Shown piece by piece: positions 11,520 to 22,450 of a DNA stretch of 62,000 nt (positions within the stretch are counted from its first letter, which is position 1; every line of letters starts with the position of its first letter). The stretch is from Chiloscyllium plagiosum (lineage: Eukaryota), in assembly GCF_004010195.1 (NCBI RefSeq), contig NC_057753.1:13565628-13627627 (forward strand), written 5' to 3'. The position numbers were made by a program, and so were the translations under genes. Under the pieces are notes generated by a model. The model saw only the letters and a list, made by a program, of their open reading frames with translations, had not been told where the DNA came from and did not search any database.

Positions 11520-11920
11520 ACTATGGTGTGGAGGATCCAGCGTTGCACTGGGGTGGTCAAAGTTAAATTGACGTGGAGGAACCGGTATTGGACTGGGGTG
11601 GATGAAGTTAAAAAATGACTCCATTGTGACGAGGAATGTTCCCGGTTCAACTAGTCCATGGTGCTGAGTTTCTGTAAGAAATCCATAGTGTTGCAATAGA
11701 AGCTGGGAGTCGTGATGGAAGCTGAGATGATATATCATTTCAGTTGCATGACACTGTTATCTTTTGCTGGAATTCTGTGTCTTATGATCCTGTTCCACAG
11801 CTACCTGTGGAAGCAGCAGCGCTCCGCAAGCTAGTGCTTCCAAGCAAACCTGTTGGACTATAAACTGGTGTGTGATTTTTAACTTTGTCCACCCCAGTCC
11901 AACACTGGCTCCTCCACACC
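11520..11920. mobile_element. Rearranged PLE: pLTR pieces in both orientations plus a short RT fragment
   Basis: Minus strand DFLQKLS and HGLVEPGTFLVTM (PLE RT) at about 11620-11720; + strand pLTR with decayed hammerhead at 11805-11835. Confidence 0.65.
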
Positions 11921-12034
11921 TCAGGTCAATATCTCCTTCTTTATCTGCAGGGTCAAGAACTGACCACATACGTTCGGGGTGATCTAGCCACGAATTTGAA
12001 TATCTTGGGTTTTTTTTGAGTTACAAAGATCTCC

Positions 12035-12245
12035 GAAATATTTTTCCAACAGGCATAACAGAACAATTTTTTTTCCTTCAACAGCTGAGTGCCAATGATA
12101 TTCAAATCCTGTCGACTCCGCTAATTCTGTTCAAAGTTGTTTTCGAGATCTCGGTCTGCAAGTTATTCTCAATTAATATCCTGGAAAATGAATTCCCTCA
12201 AGAAAACTCACTGCCAGTTCGGGATTGAAATCTAGAAAAGACAAA
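12035..12245 (-). pseudogene. Relic of the ZNF 5' exon segment, no fingers downstream
   Basis: Minus strand CATTTTCCAG|GATATT...TTGCAGAC...GGATTTGAATATCATTGGC...GAAGGAAAA...TTGTTCTG matches the cluster exon start. Confidence 0.6.
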
Positions 12246-12272
12246 CATTAATGCCTCAGCCTTTCCATTTCT

Positions 12273-12977
12273 CTTGGAGTGCAGGTTCATAGCTCCTTGA
12301 AAGTGGAGTCGCAGGTAGATAGGATCGTGAAGAAGGTGTTTGGTATGCTTTCCTTTATTGGTCAGAGTATTGAGTACAGGAGTTGGGAGGTCATGTTGCA
12401 TCTGTACAGGACATTGGTTAGGCCATTGTTGGAATATTGCATGCAATTCTGGTCTCCTTCCTATCGGAAAGATGTTGTGAAACTTGAAAGGGTTCAGAAA
12501 CGATTTACAAGGATGTTGCCAGGGTTGGTGGATCTGAGCTACAGGGAGAGGCTGAACAGGCTGGGGCTGTTTTCCCTGGAGCATCGGAGGCTGAGGGATG
12601 ACCTTATAGAGGTTTACAAAATCATGAGGGGCATGGATAGGATAAATAGACAAAGTCTTTTCCCTGGGGTCGGGAAGTCCAGAACTAGAGGGCAAAGGTT
12701 TAGGGTGAGAGGGGAAAGATATAAAAGAGACCTATGGGGCAACCTTTTCACACAGAGGGTGATACGTGTATGGAATGAGCTGCCAGAGGAGGTGGTGGAG
12801 GCTGGTACAATTGCAACATTTAAGAGGCATTTGGATGGGTATATGAATAGGAAGGGTTTGCAGGGATATGGGCCGGGTGATGGCAGGTGGGACTAGATTG
12901 GGTTGGGATATCTGGTCGGCATGGACGGGTTGGACCGAAGGGTCTGTTTCCATGCTGCACATCTCTATGACTCTATG
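12273..12977 (+). mobile_element. CR1/HER1-type LINE 3' fragment, young
   Basis: Open 205-aa RT C-terminal frame; ends CTCTATGACTCTATGA. Confidence 0.95.
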
Positions 12978-12979
12978 AC

Positions 12980-14080
12980 ACAGGTTAGGAGAGTGGGCAA
13001 AGAAGTGGCCGATGGAATACAGTGTGGAAAAATGTGAAGTCATGCACCTTGGTAGAAAGAATAGAGGCATGGACTATTTTCAAAATTGGGAGAAAATTCA
13101 TGAATCTGAACTGCAAAGGTGCTTGGGAGTCCTTGTCCACTGTTCTCTTCAGGTAAACTTACAGGTTGAGTTAGGAGTTAGGAAAGCAAACACAGTATCA
13201 GATTAGATTCCCTGTGGAAACAGCCCACTTGGCCCAACAAGCCCGCACCGACTCTTTGAACAGTAACCCACCCAGAACCATTTCCCTTTGACTAATGCAT
13301 CTAACACTATGGGCAATTTCTCATGGCCAATTCACCTAACCTACATATCTTTGGATTGTGGGAGAAAACCCACACAGGCACAGGGAGAATGTACAAACTC
13401 CACACAGTCACCTGAGGCAGGAATCAAACCTGGGTCCCTGGCACTGTGAGGCAGCAGTGCTAACCACTGAGCCACCCAACGGTGTCATTCATCTCGAAAG
13501 GACAAGAATTTTAAAGCAGGGGTGTACTTCTCAAGCTGTATAAAAGCTCTGGTCAGACCATCTTTACATTATGTGAGCAATTTTAGGCCTCATACCTCAG
13601 AAAGGGTGCACTGGCCCTGGAGCTGGTCCAGAGGAGGTTCACGAAAATTATTGTAGGAATGAAAGGCTTAAGATATGAGGAATAGTTGAAGACTGAGACT
13701 ATACACAATGGAGTTTTAAAGGATGAGAGGTGATCTAATCAAAACTTACAGAATACTGAATGGCCTCTTCAGAATGGACATTGGGAAAATGTTTCCATTG
13801 GCAGGAGAAACAAGGACCCAAGGGCACAGCCATTGAGTAAGGAGATAAGGCAGAGAGTGATGATTTTGTGGAATTCATTGCCACTGAAGGCTGTGGAGAG
13901 CAGGCCATTAAGTATATTTAGAACAGACATAGATTGATTCTCTTGACAATCAAGAACCTAAGGCTATGAGAAGAAAGCCAGAGAATGAGGTTGAAAAAAA
14001 ACTTATCAGCGATGATTGAATGAGGGAGCAGACTCGATGGGCCGACTGGCCTAATTTCTGCTTCAACGTTTTATGGTCGT
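12980..14080 (+). mobile_element. Older CR1-type LINE 3' fragment split by a SINE
   Basis: MEYSVEKCEVMHLGRKN, decayed RT C-terminus and 3' UTR GACTCGATGGGCCGACTGGCCT. Confidence 0.85.
13201..13477 (-). mobile_element. HE1-like SINE
   Basis: Reverse-complement SINE head, core and tail. Confidence 0.9.
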
Positions 14081-14939
14081 ATACATGCTGTGGCTGTGCT
14101 TTCCCTGAACTTTCTTATGCTCTCTAACAGAGGTAAAGAGATTTGTGAAGCCGGAGGAAATTACAGAGGTCAGAGGATTGTGAGGTTGGACGAAATTGCA
14201 GACACAAGGACAGTTGTGACTCAGAAGATTATACAGATATCGAGGATTGTCAGGTTGGAGGGGATTACCGAGGATTGTGTGTCTGGACGGGACTGCACCG
14301 AGAGGGAGAGTTGTGAGACTGCAGATTACTGTCTAAACAGCAGTGTGGTTTACTTACATGGACTACAGCAGTTCAAGAAGATTAATTACCACTTTCTCCA
14401 AATAAGTTAAAGATGGAGAATAAGTAATGGTCTGGGCAACAAAAACCACACCCCATGAATAAATTAAAACTAAAATAGGTTTCGGTTTTGTTGAGAGATA
14501 CCGGAATCTTTAGATAATTCTGCTGCCAGCTGAGACCGTGAAACGGAGATTTTGTTTTCAGGATATTTCATTTGCAAAGAGCATAGCAATTACCTTTGGT
14601 ATCCACACAACACAGATTTCAGACAATTGGCAAATCATGCCCGTTGAAAATGTGATGATTATTTCACTCAGCAAGTTCAGAGGGTCTGGAACAGTCTGAA
14701 CGGCAGTCGGGTGCAAATTCATTGGCTATTCTCAAAAGAAATTTGGAATTTAGTAAAACTTTGGTGGGCTGTGAGCAAAGGGCATGGGATTTGAGTAGAT
14801 TTGCAGCGTTTCTCGTGGTGAGAGAGTACAGTCAGAATGGGCTGAATGGACTCTGTGACACTGTCGCACTCCCTGTGGATGATGAAGTTCACCCCAGGGC
14901 AGAGACAGGGAAAGTCCCTCCTGTGACAAAACAATGGGC

Positions 14940-15435
14940 CCATCTGATTGACGTCGGGTCCCCGCCGAATAGGAACGGAGTGGGCGGGTCTGGAGGACCA
15001 TGCGGGTGCGGCTGGTCCTCCATCCAATGGGAGAGGAGGAGAGAGGCGGGGTCACCGTTAATGCTTCCGGCGCAGTGTCGCTGCGACTGGCGCCTGAGCG
15101 AACGCGTGAGAGGTAAGGGCATACAGCGGAGACTAGGAGAGAGAGAAAAAAAGGACTCAGTCTGGGTATGGGCGCTTTCACAAACGCTCGGTGTGGGCCG
15201 GTAGAGCTGAATTGTAAAATTTCGAATCCGCGTTTGAAGCAAACGGGAAAACGGCTGCGGGCCGCAGGCGGTGGTCAGCCGCGTGTCGCTGCCGCCATCT
15301 TTATTGGGGGCAAGGTGCAGGAACGAGCATGCGCATGTTCCTGATTGATTGCCTGGGGGCGGGACGCGCATGCGCATGTTCCTGAGTGACTGTCTGGGGG
15401 AGCGGGAAGCGCATGCGCATGTTCCTGACTGGGTG
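14940..15435 (+). promoter_or_regulatory. CpG-island promoter with non-coding first exon, probably of the 26-kb ZNF gene
   Basis: CpG-rich; TGACGTC, GC box, TGGAGGACC-N14-GGTCCTCCA, CCAAT (15024), CTTCCGG, donor AG|GTAAGG (GT at 15113), YY1-like GCCGCCATCTT, three NRF1-like GCATGCGCA; colinear with 58720-59135 (-). Confidence 0.75.
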
Positions 15436-15596
15436 GGGAATTTGCACAAATCGAACTGAAACCCAAGGGACATGTTTGTTCTGGATTTCTGCAACTGGAC
15501 TGGCAGTGATTTATTTTTTTTTCTTTTCTGAATTCGTTTCACAGAGTGTTAATTGCGAACGGAATCTGAAAGCCATTTCTGACAGTCAGCAGAGTG

Positions 15597-15752
15597 CAGC
15601 AGGGCAGCATCAAAGGAGAAGGAGAATCGACGTTTCGGGCATAAGCCCTTCTTCAGGAAAGCCCTTCTTCAGGAAAGCCCTTCTGCTGCGCTTTTCCAGC
15701 AACACATTTTTAAGCTCTGATCCCCAGCATCTGCAGTCCTCACTTTCTCCTC
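15597..15752. mobile_element. Short PLE pLTR insertion with inverted structure and intact hammerhead core
   Basis: First half minus (hammerhead core 15629-15656), second half plus; internal AGCCCTTCTTCAGGAA repeats; 12-bp TSD GTCAGCAGAGTG at 15585-15596 and 15753-15764. Confidence 0.85.
15629..15656 (-). ncRNA. Minimal type I hammerhead ribozyme motif
   Basis: CUGAAGA-A-GGGC-UUAU-GCCC-GAAAC-GUC. Confidence 0.75.
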
Positions 15753-16079
15753 GTCAGCAGAGTGATCAAGGACCCGAATGTCATTGCCTCCCAGCTGTGG
15801 GAGGAAACAGGTTTGTTTGTGCGAAGATTATTCCAATGTGTTTGTAACTCTAGAAGCAGCAAGATGTTCAAATTCTTAGTTATGTTACCCCTGTGTGTTC
15901 AGTTGTGAGCCCTGCAGCTGAGGAAGGAGATACAGGCTCGAGGGAGGCGCAGATTTGTCCAAATAATGCCTCGTCTCTTTGAAAGAACTGTCATGTTTAG
16001 TCCCCATCACCCACTCCTTGATTTTAACCTATAAATTTCTCATTCTTCAGTACCTGCAAACTTCCTTTTAAATTCCTTA

Positions 16080-16450
16080 TGCAAGTGGCAGATGGAGTTT
16101 AATTTATATAACTGCGAGGTGCTGCATTTTGGAAAAGCAAGTCAGGGATAGGAGGAGTCCAGAACTAGAGGGCATAGGTTTAGGGTGAGAGGGGAAAGAT
16201 ATAAATGAAACCTAAGGGGCACCTTTTTCTCGCAGAGGGTGGTGCATGTATGGAATGAGCTGCCAGACGAGTGGTGGAGGCTGGTATAATTGCACCTTTT
16301 AAAAGGCATCTGGATGGGTATGTGAATAGGAAGGGTTTCGAGGATATGGGGAAGTGCTGGAAAATGGGGCTAAATTAGGTTAGGGTATCTGGTCGGCATG
16401 GATGAGTTGGACCAAAGGGTGTATTTACATGCTGTACTTCTCTCAGACTC
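16080..16450 (+). mobile_element. Internally deleted CR1/HER1 3' fragment
   Basis: WQMEFN..CEVLHFGK joined directly to ESRTRGHRFRVRG and the 3' UTR. Confidence 0.9.
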
Positions 16451-16542
16451 TGAGTTGAATTCCAGCATCCTTTTCAGGTGGAATGTTCCAGATACTGACA
16501 ACTCTCTGTTGATGCTGAACATGTTGAAGTCTATGTTGAAAA

Positions 16543-16664
16543 TGATTTGGAGGAGCCAGTGTTGGACTGGGGTGCACAGAGTTAACAATCTCACAACACC
16601 AGGTTATAGTCCAACAGGTTTAATTGGAAGCACACTAGCTTTCGGAGTGTCGCTCCTTCATCAC
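16543..16664 (-). mobile_element. PLE pLTR fragment with near-intact hammerhead
   Basis: Minus strand GTGATGAAGGAGCGACACTCCGAAAGCTA (C3 lost) plus family 3' sequence. Confidence 0.75.
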
Positions 16665-17059
16665 CGAAGGAACTGCATTGTAACACTACTGAAGGCTGTG
16701 GTCAGCGTAGGTGTGAGCAGACACTTACCTTGACAAGCAGCACCGTGAATGTTGCTTAGCTCAATTAGAGTGCATTAGTGATGGGTGAAAGCAGATCGAG
16801 TTGAGATGGAGAAAGGGAAGCTGAAAGATTCCGTCCGGTCAGTCTCAGTTTAGCCAATTTTGAGTGACGCAATCCCACTGGAAACAGCCAATTGTTAAGT
16901 GATACTTGTAGATAATATTTTTACTGTTTTTAAAGTACAGTATTCAGCGGATGTACAGTTAGAAGTTTTTGATTACATTTGAAATAAAGGCTCAATTAAG
17001 TTCTCTTCAAGGGTAGGATAATCTTGAGAGAAGACCGGACAAGAGAGCTCCGAACTCTG

Positions 17060-17420
17060 GTGTGAGGATGTCCCCATGTTGCACAATGTGTACAATAAGT
17101 AACGCTTCCAGTGTTCGTGATGGCTATGTATACAGGAAGTGTTAACATCTGCAAAAACTGGCTTTTCATAGGTGGAGCTGTGGGTGGATTAATTGTGGAG
17201 CGCCTGCAATACAGAGAATCTCAGACAGCACAGTTAAGAGGATAAAAGTGAATGCATGTCTGGAGAAATGAACAAGACAAGGAATTAGCATCTTGAGGCA
17301 TGGGGACAGTTCCTGGGGAAGGTGAAACCTGTACAAGCCTGACTGGTTGCCCCAGGCAGAATTGGATAAATCTCCTCATCAAAACTTTTGCTAGTTTCAT
17401 TGGTGAGGTTTTAAACTAGT
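17060..17420 (+). mobile_element. Decayed CR1 ORF1 remnants
   Basis: Cys-rich start region (GYVYRKC) and esterase C-terminal remnant ending TTTAAACTAG as in the 21-kb copy. Confidence 0.55.
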
Positions 17421-17594
17421 GTGGGTAGCGGATGGGAGCTGAAGTGCCACCTTTAGATGTGTCAGACTCCCGATCAGAAAATGGGTGATGGAATATTAGG
17501 AGCTATTGAAAGGGATGGGGAGAAAACAGGAACAGGGTTGAGTTGCAGATTGATAAAAACCCTCTCCTCCATTCGTGCCTCTTCGACCGATTGA

Positions 17595-18760
17595 GACATA
17601 GTCTTATAGGAGGGAAACAGTCCCTTCGGTCCAACTAGTCCATGTCAACTATGTTCCCAAACTAAACTCGTCGCACTTACCTGCATTTGGCCGATATCCC
17701 TCAAAGCGTATCCTCGTCATGTACTTATCCAAATGTCCTTTAAATGTTGTAACTGTACCTGCATCCATCACTTCCTCTGGCAGTTCATTCCACATGTGAA
17801 CCACGGTTTTTAAAACAAAAATTGCATCTCACATCCTTTATAAAATTGTTTTCTTCATCTTAAATATATGCTCCTTTGGGTTTGAATGCTCCCACTTGAG
17901 GGAAAAGACCCTTGCTAGTCATCTTGTTTATGCTCCTAATAGTTTTGTAAACATCTGTAAAGTCACCCCTCTACCTCCGCCACACCATTGAAATAAAATT
18001 CCCACCCTATCTTTTTACCTTGAGCTCTCCCTTCCTGGCAACATCCTGGTAAATCTTTTCTGAATCCTATCCAATTAGTAATATCCTTCCCACAGCAGGG
18101 TGACCAGAACTGTACAGTTTTCTAAAAGAGGCCTTACCAGTGTCCCGTACAATCTCAACATGATGTCCCAACTCCTATACTCAATTAACTGAGCGATGAA
18201 GGCAAGCGATCTAGATGCCGCCTTCACCACCCTGTCCGTGACCCAAATTTCAATGACTTTTGTACCAGAAATCCTAGAACATGCTGATCTACAACATTAC
18301 CCAAGGCCCTACCACTAACTGTATAAGTCCTGCCTTTGTTTGTTGTACCAAAATGCAGTACCTCACATTTATCCAAATTAAATACCTTGTGGGTGGCACA
18401 GTGGTTAGCACTGCTGCCTCACAGCGCCAGAGACCCGGGTTCAATTCCCGCCTCAGGCGACTGACTGTGTGGAGTTTGCACATTCTCCCCGTGTCTGCGT
18501 GGGTTTCCTCNNNNNNNNNNNNNNNNNNNNNNTGGGTGGGTTGCGCTTCGGCGGGTCGGTGTGGACTTGTTGGGCCAAAGGGCCTGTTTCCACACTGTAA
18601 GTAATCTAATCTAATCTAAAAGTAATCTAATCTAATCTAAACTGCACCTACCACTCCTCAGCCCATTGACCGAATACATCAAGATTTCTTTGTAACCTTT
18701 GAGTGGACTGCGAAAAACGCTGTCTATCACCAATTCTGAAATCATTTGCAAACTTCTGGA
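17595..18760 (-). mobile_element. CR1-type LINE 3' fragment with nested SINE
   Basis: Reverse complement of RT C-terminus and 3' UTR (CCCTTCGGTCCAAC). Confidence 0.85.
18391..18640 (+). mobile_element. HE1-like SINE containing an assembly gap
   Basis: SINE head, 22 Ns at 18511-18532, tail and (TCTAA)n. Confidence 0.9.
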
Positions 18761-19024
18761 ATCATTTAATGCCTCATTGTTGGGGAGCATTAAATCTTGT
18801 GCTGAATCATTTGAAACAAAATAGCCAGGAGACGAGACCTTCAGCAACCAACTAGCTTTATCGTGACCATGGGAAATCTATCTTCGATCAAAGAAATGGA
18901 GTGCTACTGGTTATATAGTATACCACAAGCCCACTGCCCATTAACTGTGCAACCTAAGGGGTAGTTGTAAGGTCCGCATATATTTTCCAGACTTGCATTA
19001 ATGACTACAAAACTAAATGTTATC

Positions 19025-19478
19025 AAAGTTTGTGCGAAGATTTGTAGCTCGGGTGCTCGTTGTTATTCTGTTCGCCGAGCTGGAAGTTTTTGTTGCAAAC
19101 GTTTCGTCCCCTGGCTAGGCGACATCATCAGTGCTTGGGAGCCTCCTGCGAAGCGCTTCTTTGATGTTTCCTCCAGTGTTTATAGTGGTCTGTCCCTGCC
19201 GCTTCCGGTTGTCAGTTTCAGCTGTCCGCTGTAGTGGTTGGTATATTGGGTCCGGGTCGATGTGTTTGTTGATGGAGTTTGTGGATGAATGCCATGCCTC
19301 TAGGAATTCCCTGGCTGTTCTCTGTCTGGCTTGCCCTATGATAGTAGTGTTGTTCCAGTCGAATTCAGGTTGCTTGTTGTCTGCGTGTGTGGCTACTAAG
19401 GATAGCTGGTCGTGTCGTTTCGTGGCTAGTTGATGTTCATGTATGCGGATAGTTAGCTGTCTTCCTGTTTATCCTATA
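19025..19478 (-). mobile_element. Young 5'-truncated Penelope/Poseidon-type PLE (GIY-YIG C-terminus plus pLTR)
   Basis: Open minus frame TGRQLTIRIHEHQLATKRHDQLSLVATH...FDWNNTTIIGQ...AREFLEAWHS..SINKHID; 11-bp TSD TAAATGTTATC at 19014-19024 and 19479-19489. Confidence 0.9.
19095..19134 (-). ncRNA. Type I hammerhead ribozyme motif in PLE pLTR
   Basis: GCA-CUGAUGA-U-GUCGCCU-AGCC-AGGGGAC-GAAAC-GUU-UGC: stem I GCA/UGC, stem II with one mismatch, ACGU stem III. Confidence 0.8.
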
Positions 19479-19789
19479 TAAATGTTATCTTACACTGCAG
19501 GTTCAGCTAGGCAAAAACAACTGATAAGGGACATAATGAAACAATACATTATTCTATGAAGCAAAACTGTCTAAGGGGCCAGAGGAACAGAGACAGTCTG
19601 CAGCTGCAAGGTCAGGTTATCCTAACAGAATTCCTCAGCCAGGGCTCAAACGGCACTATGCTAGCAGGCTCCATTTTACTGCAAAACTTGCTTTGTGACA
19701 AAAATGGCTTCCACACAGTTTTTGTGTCCGTTTTGGTCAAATTTTCTCACACTCGTGTACACTCATCCAAATTGTTTATATAAATGAAA

Positions 19790-20050
19790 AGGAAAAAGTG
19801 GACACAGTATCAACACTGGTCACAGGCCTTCAGTTCAAAATACAACCCTCCCTCACCGCACTCTATCTTCTGTCATCAAGATAATTTTTGTATACAATTG
19901 GCACACATTCCTTGTATCCCATGTGATGTAATTAGTCTACCATGTGGAAACTTGTCGAACGCTTTACTGAAGTCCATTTAAACAATGTCTGCTACTTTGC
20001 CTTCATTAATCATTTTGGTCAGGTCCTCCACGAACCTTCAATAAAGTTTG
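19790..20050 (-). mobile_element. Decayed CR1 RT fragment
   Basis: Minus strand MDFSKAFDKFPHGRL...HGIQG. Confidence 0.75.
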
Positions 20051-20094
20051 AGAGAAATGGTTTAGAACATAGAAAAGTACAGCACAGAACAGGC

Positions 20095-21960
20095 CCTTAT
20101 CCTGTAAAGCTGTGCTAGATCCTCGCTTCCTCCACCTTAGGTAAGCTGACTTCTTTTTAACGAGAAGTTCCTCTGTTCTCGTCATCCAAGTTTCAGTAAT
20201 CTTACCCCTTCTTACCTGTCTCAGAAGAACAAATCTGTGCATCACTCGCAACAACTGCTCCTTAAATAGTCTCCCATATGTCTGCTGTGCCCTTCCTGTG
20301 GAACAATTGCTCCCAGTCTGTACTTCCCAACTCCTGTCTGATAGCGTCATAATTTCCTTTTCCCCAATTAAATATCTTCCCTTGGTAATTGCTCCTTTCA
20401 CGCTCCAAGGCTATGCTAAATGTGAGGCAATTGGGATCACTTTCACCAAAGTGCTCTCCCACCATGAGATCTGACACCTGTTCTGGCTCGTTGTAGAGCA
20501 CCAAATCCCAAATGGTCTCTCCCCTCGTCGGTCTGTCGACATACTGAGTAAGGAAACCCTCCTGAACACACCTGATAAAAACGGCTCCATCCAAGCCATG
20601 TGCACTTAGGAGGTTCCAGTCGATATTGGGAAAGTTGAGATCACCCATTACAACAACCCTGCTACTTTTGCATTTTTCCAGAATCTGCTCGCCTATGAGA
20701 TCTTCAATGTCTCTACTGCTATTAGGTGGTCTGTTCCCTTGCTGTTCCTAACTTCCACCCATACTGACTCAGTAGACAAACCTTCCTTAACAACCTTTGT
20801 TTCTGGAGCTGTGATGCACTCTGATTAGCAATGCCAAACTATTCTCCTCTTTTTCCACCCTCCCTGTTCTTTCTCTACGTTCTAAACCCTGGAACATCAA
20901 GCAACCATTCCGACCTCTGTGAAAGCCACGTCTCTGTTATGGCCACAACATCATATGCCCAAGTACTGATCCATGCTCTAAGTTCGTCACTCTTATTTCG
21001 GACACTCCTTGCATTAAAGTAGACACACTTTAACCAATCCCTTTGTTTCATCGCGTGAGAAACCTTCCTGATAGATTCAATATATCCAAACACTGTCGCG
21101 TCTGCAACTGACCCCCTCTCAGACATGTGGCTTTGATTCCCACTCCCCTGCCAAACTAGTTTAAACTCTCCTGAATCACACGAGCAAATTTTTTAGGTTA
21201 GATTAGATTACACAGTGTGGAAACTGGCCCTTCGGCCCAACAAGTCCACACCGACCTGCCGAAGCGCAACCCACCCAGACCAATTCCCCTACACCTAACG
21301 CTGCGGGCAATTTAGCATGGCCAATTCACCTGACCTGCACACTTTTTGGACTGTGGGAGGAAACCGGAGGAAACCCACGCAGACACGGGGAGAATGTGCA
21401 AACTGCACACAGCCAGTCGCCTGAGGCAGGAATTGAACCCGGGTCTCTGGCGCTGTGAGGCAGCAGTGCTAACCACCGTGCTGCCCACCCAGGACATTTG
21501 TGCCCTTCCAGTTCAGGTGCAACCTGTCCTTCATGTACAGGTCCCACCTTCCCCAGAAGGTATCCCCATGGTCAAGGTATCTGAAGCCCTCCCTCCTGCA
21601 CCAGCCTTGCAGCCACGTGTTTAGCTGCACTCGCTGACTGTTCCTCATCTCACTATCTCGTGGCACTGGTAGCAAACCTGAGATCACTACTCTACTTGTC
21701 CTGCTCTTCAGCTTCCAACCTAACTCTCTGTAGTCACGTTTCAGATCCTCGATCCCTTTCCTGGCTATATCATTGGTGCCAATATGTACCACGATTTCTG
21801 GCTGCTCACCCTCCCCCTTCAGAATCTTGTAAACCCGATCGGCAACATCCCGGACCCTGACACCACGGAGGCAACATACCTTCCAGGAGTCCAGTTCCTG
21901 ACCACAAAATCTCCTGTCAATCCGTCTAACTCTTGAGTCCCCTACCACTAGGTTTTCTAT
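20095..21960 (-). mobile_element. CR1 5' half: ORF1 SGNH/GDSL esterase plus ORF2 AP-endonuclease, split by a SINE
   Basis: ORF1 VVGDS...HIGTND...DRLH...[SINE]...FARVIQESLN*; ORF2 YFNARS...ITETWL...MGDLNFPNIDW...DLVL...GESD. Confidence 0.9.
21193..21486 (-). mobile_element. HE1-like SINE inserted in CR1 ORF1
   Basis: Full SINE on the minus strand between GTNVLG and the ORF1 stop. Confidence 0.95.
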
Positions 21961-22039
21961 TTTTTTTTTCCCACCCCCACCACCTCTGAGCCACAGTGCC
22001 AGAGACGTGACAACTGTGGCTTTCCCCGGTCGGCTGGCC

Positions 22040-22450
22040 CCAAGCAAAAAGCCGTGCTGACTATCCTCAATCAGACCTTGCCTCTCTGAGTTGGTGTAAG
22101 TTCCATCTTTCAGAATTGCCTCCAAAAATGTACCCACCACTCTTGTCACACTGACAGGTCTACAGTTCCCAGGCTTCTCCTTTATTAAATAAAGGTGCAA
22201 TATTACTCACCCCTCAGTCCTCTGGCACCTTATCCATGGTGATAGATGATATACTAAGACCTCTTACCACTTCCTGTTCTTTAACATGAACTGTTTTTAG
22301 AGCAGCAATATTAATTTCCCTGAGTTTTCCAGCCTCCATTTTATTCTGCACAGTAAAAAGTGACACAAAATGTTAATTTGTTATCTCTCCCATCTCCTGA
22401 GGTTCAAAGGATACTTAATCTCGTTGATCTTTAATGGACCCTATTTCCTC
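22040..22450 (-). mobile_element. Decayed CR1 ORF2 fragment
   Basis: KPGNCRPVSVTRVVG...LIEDSQHGF. Confidence 0.8.

Noticed and set aside
14150..14330. Degenerate tandem repeat (GAGGATTGT...GGTTGGA units)
   Set aside because: Too diverged to define a period confidently; likely decayed satellite
14719..15847. Several 100-217 aa ORFs around the 15-kb CpG island
   Set aside because: Overlapping on both strands, made of promoter repeats and a PLE insert; no recognisable protein
18511..18532. Internally deleted SINE variant
   Set aside because: The missing part coincides with an N gap, so it is an assembly gap
21469..22200. Novel RT-esterase fusion protein (243 aa)
   Set aside because: Chance in-frame junction of a decayed RT fragment, a CR1 ORF1 and the start of a SINE; no ATG start or promoter evidence
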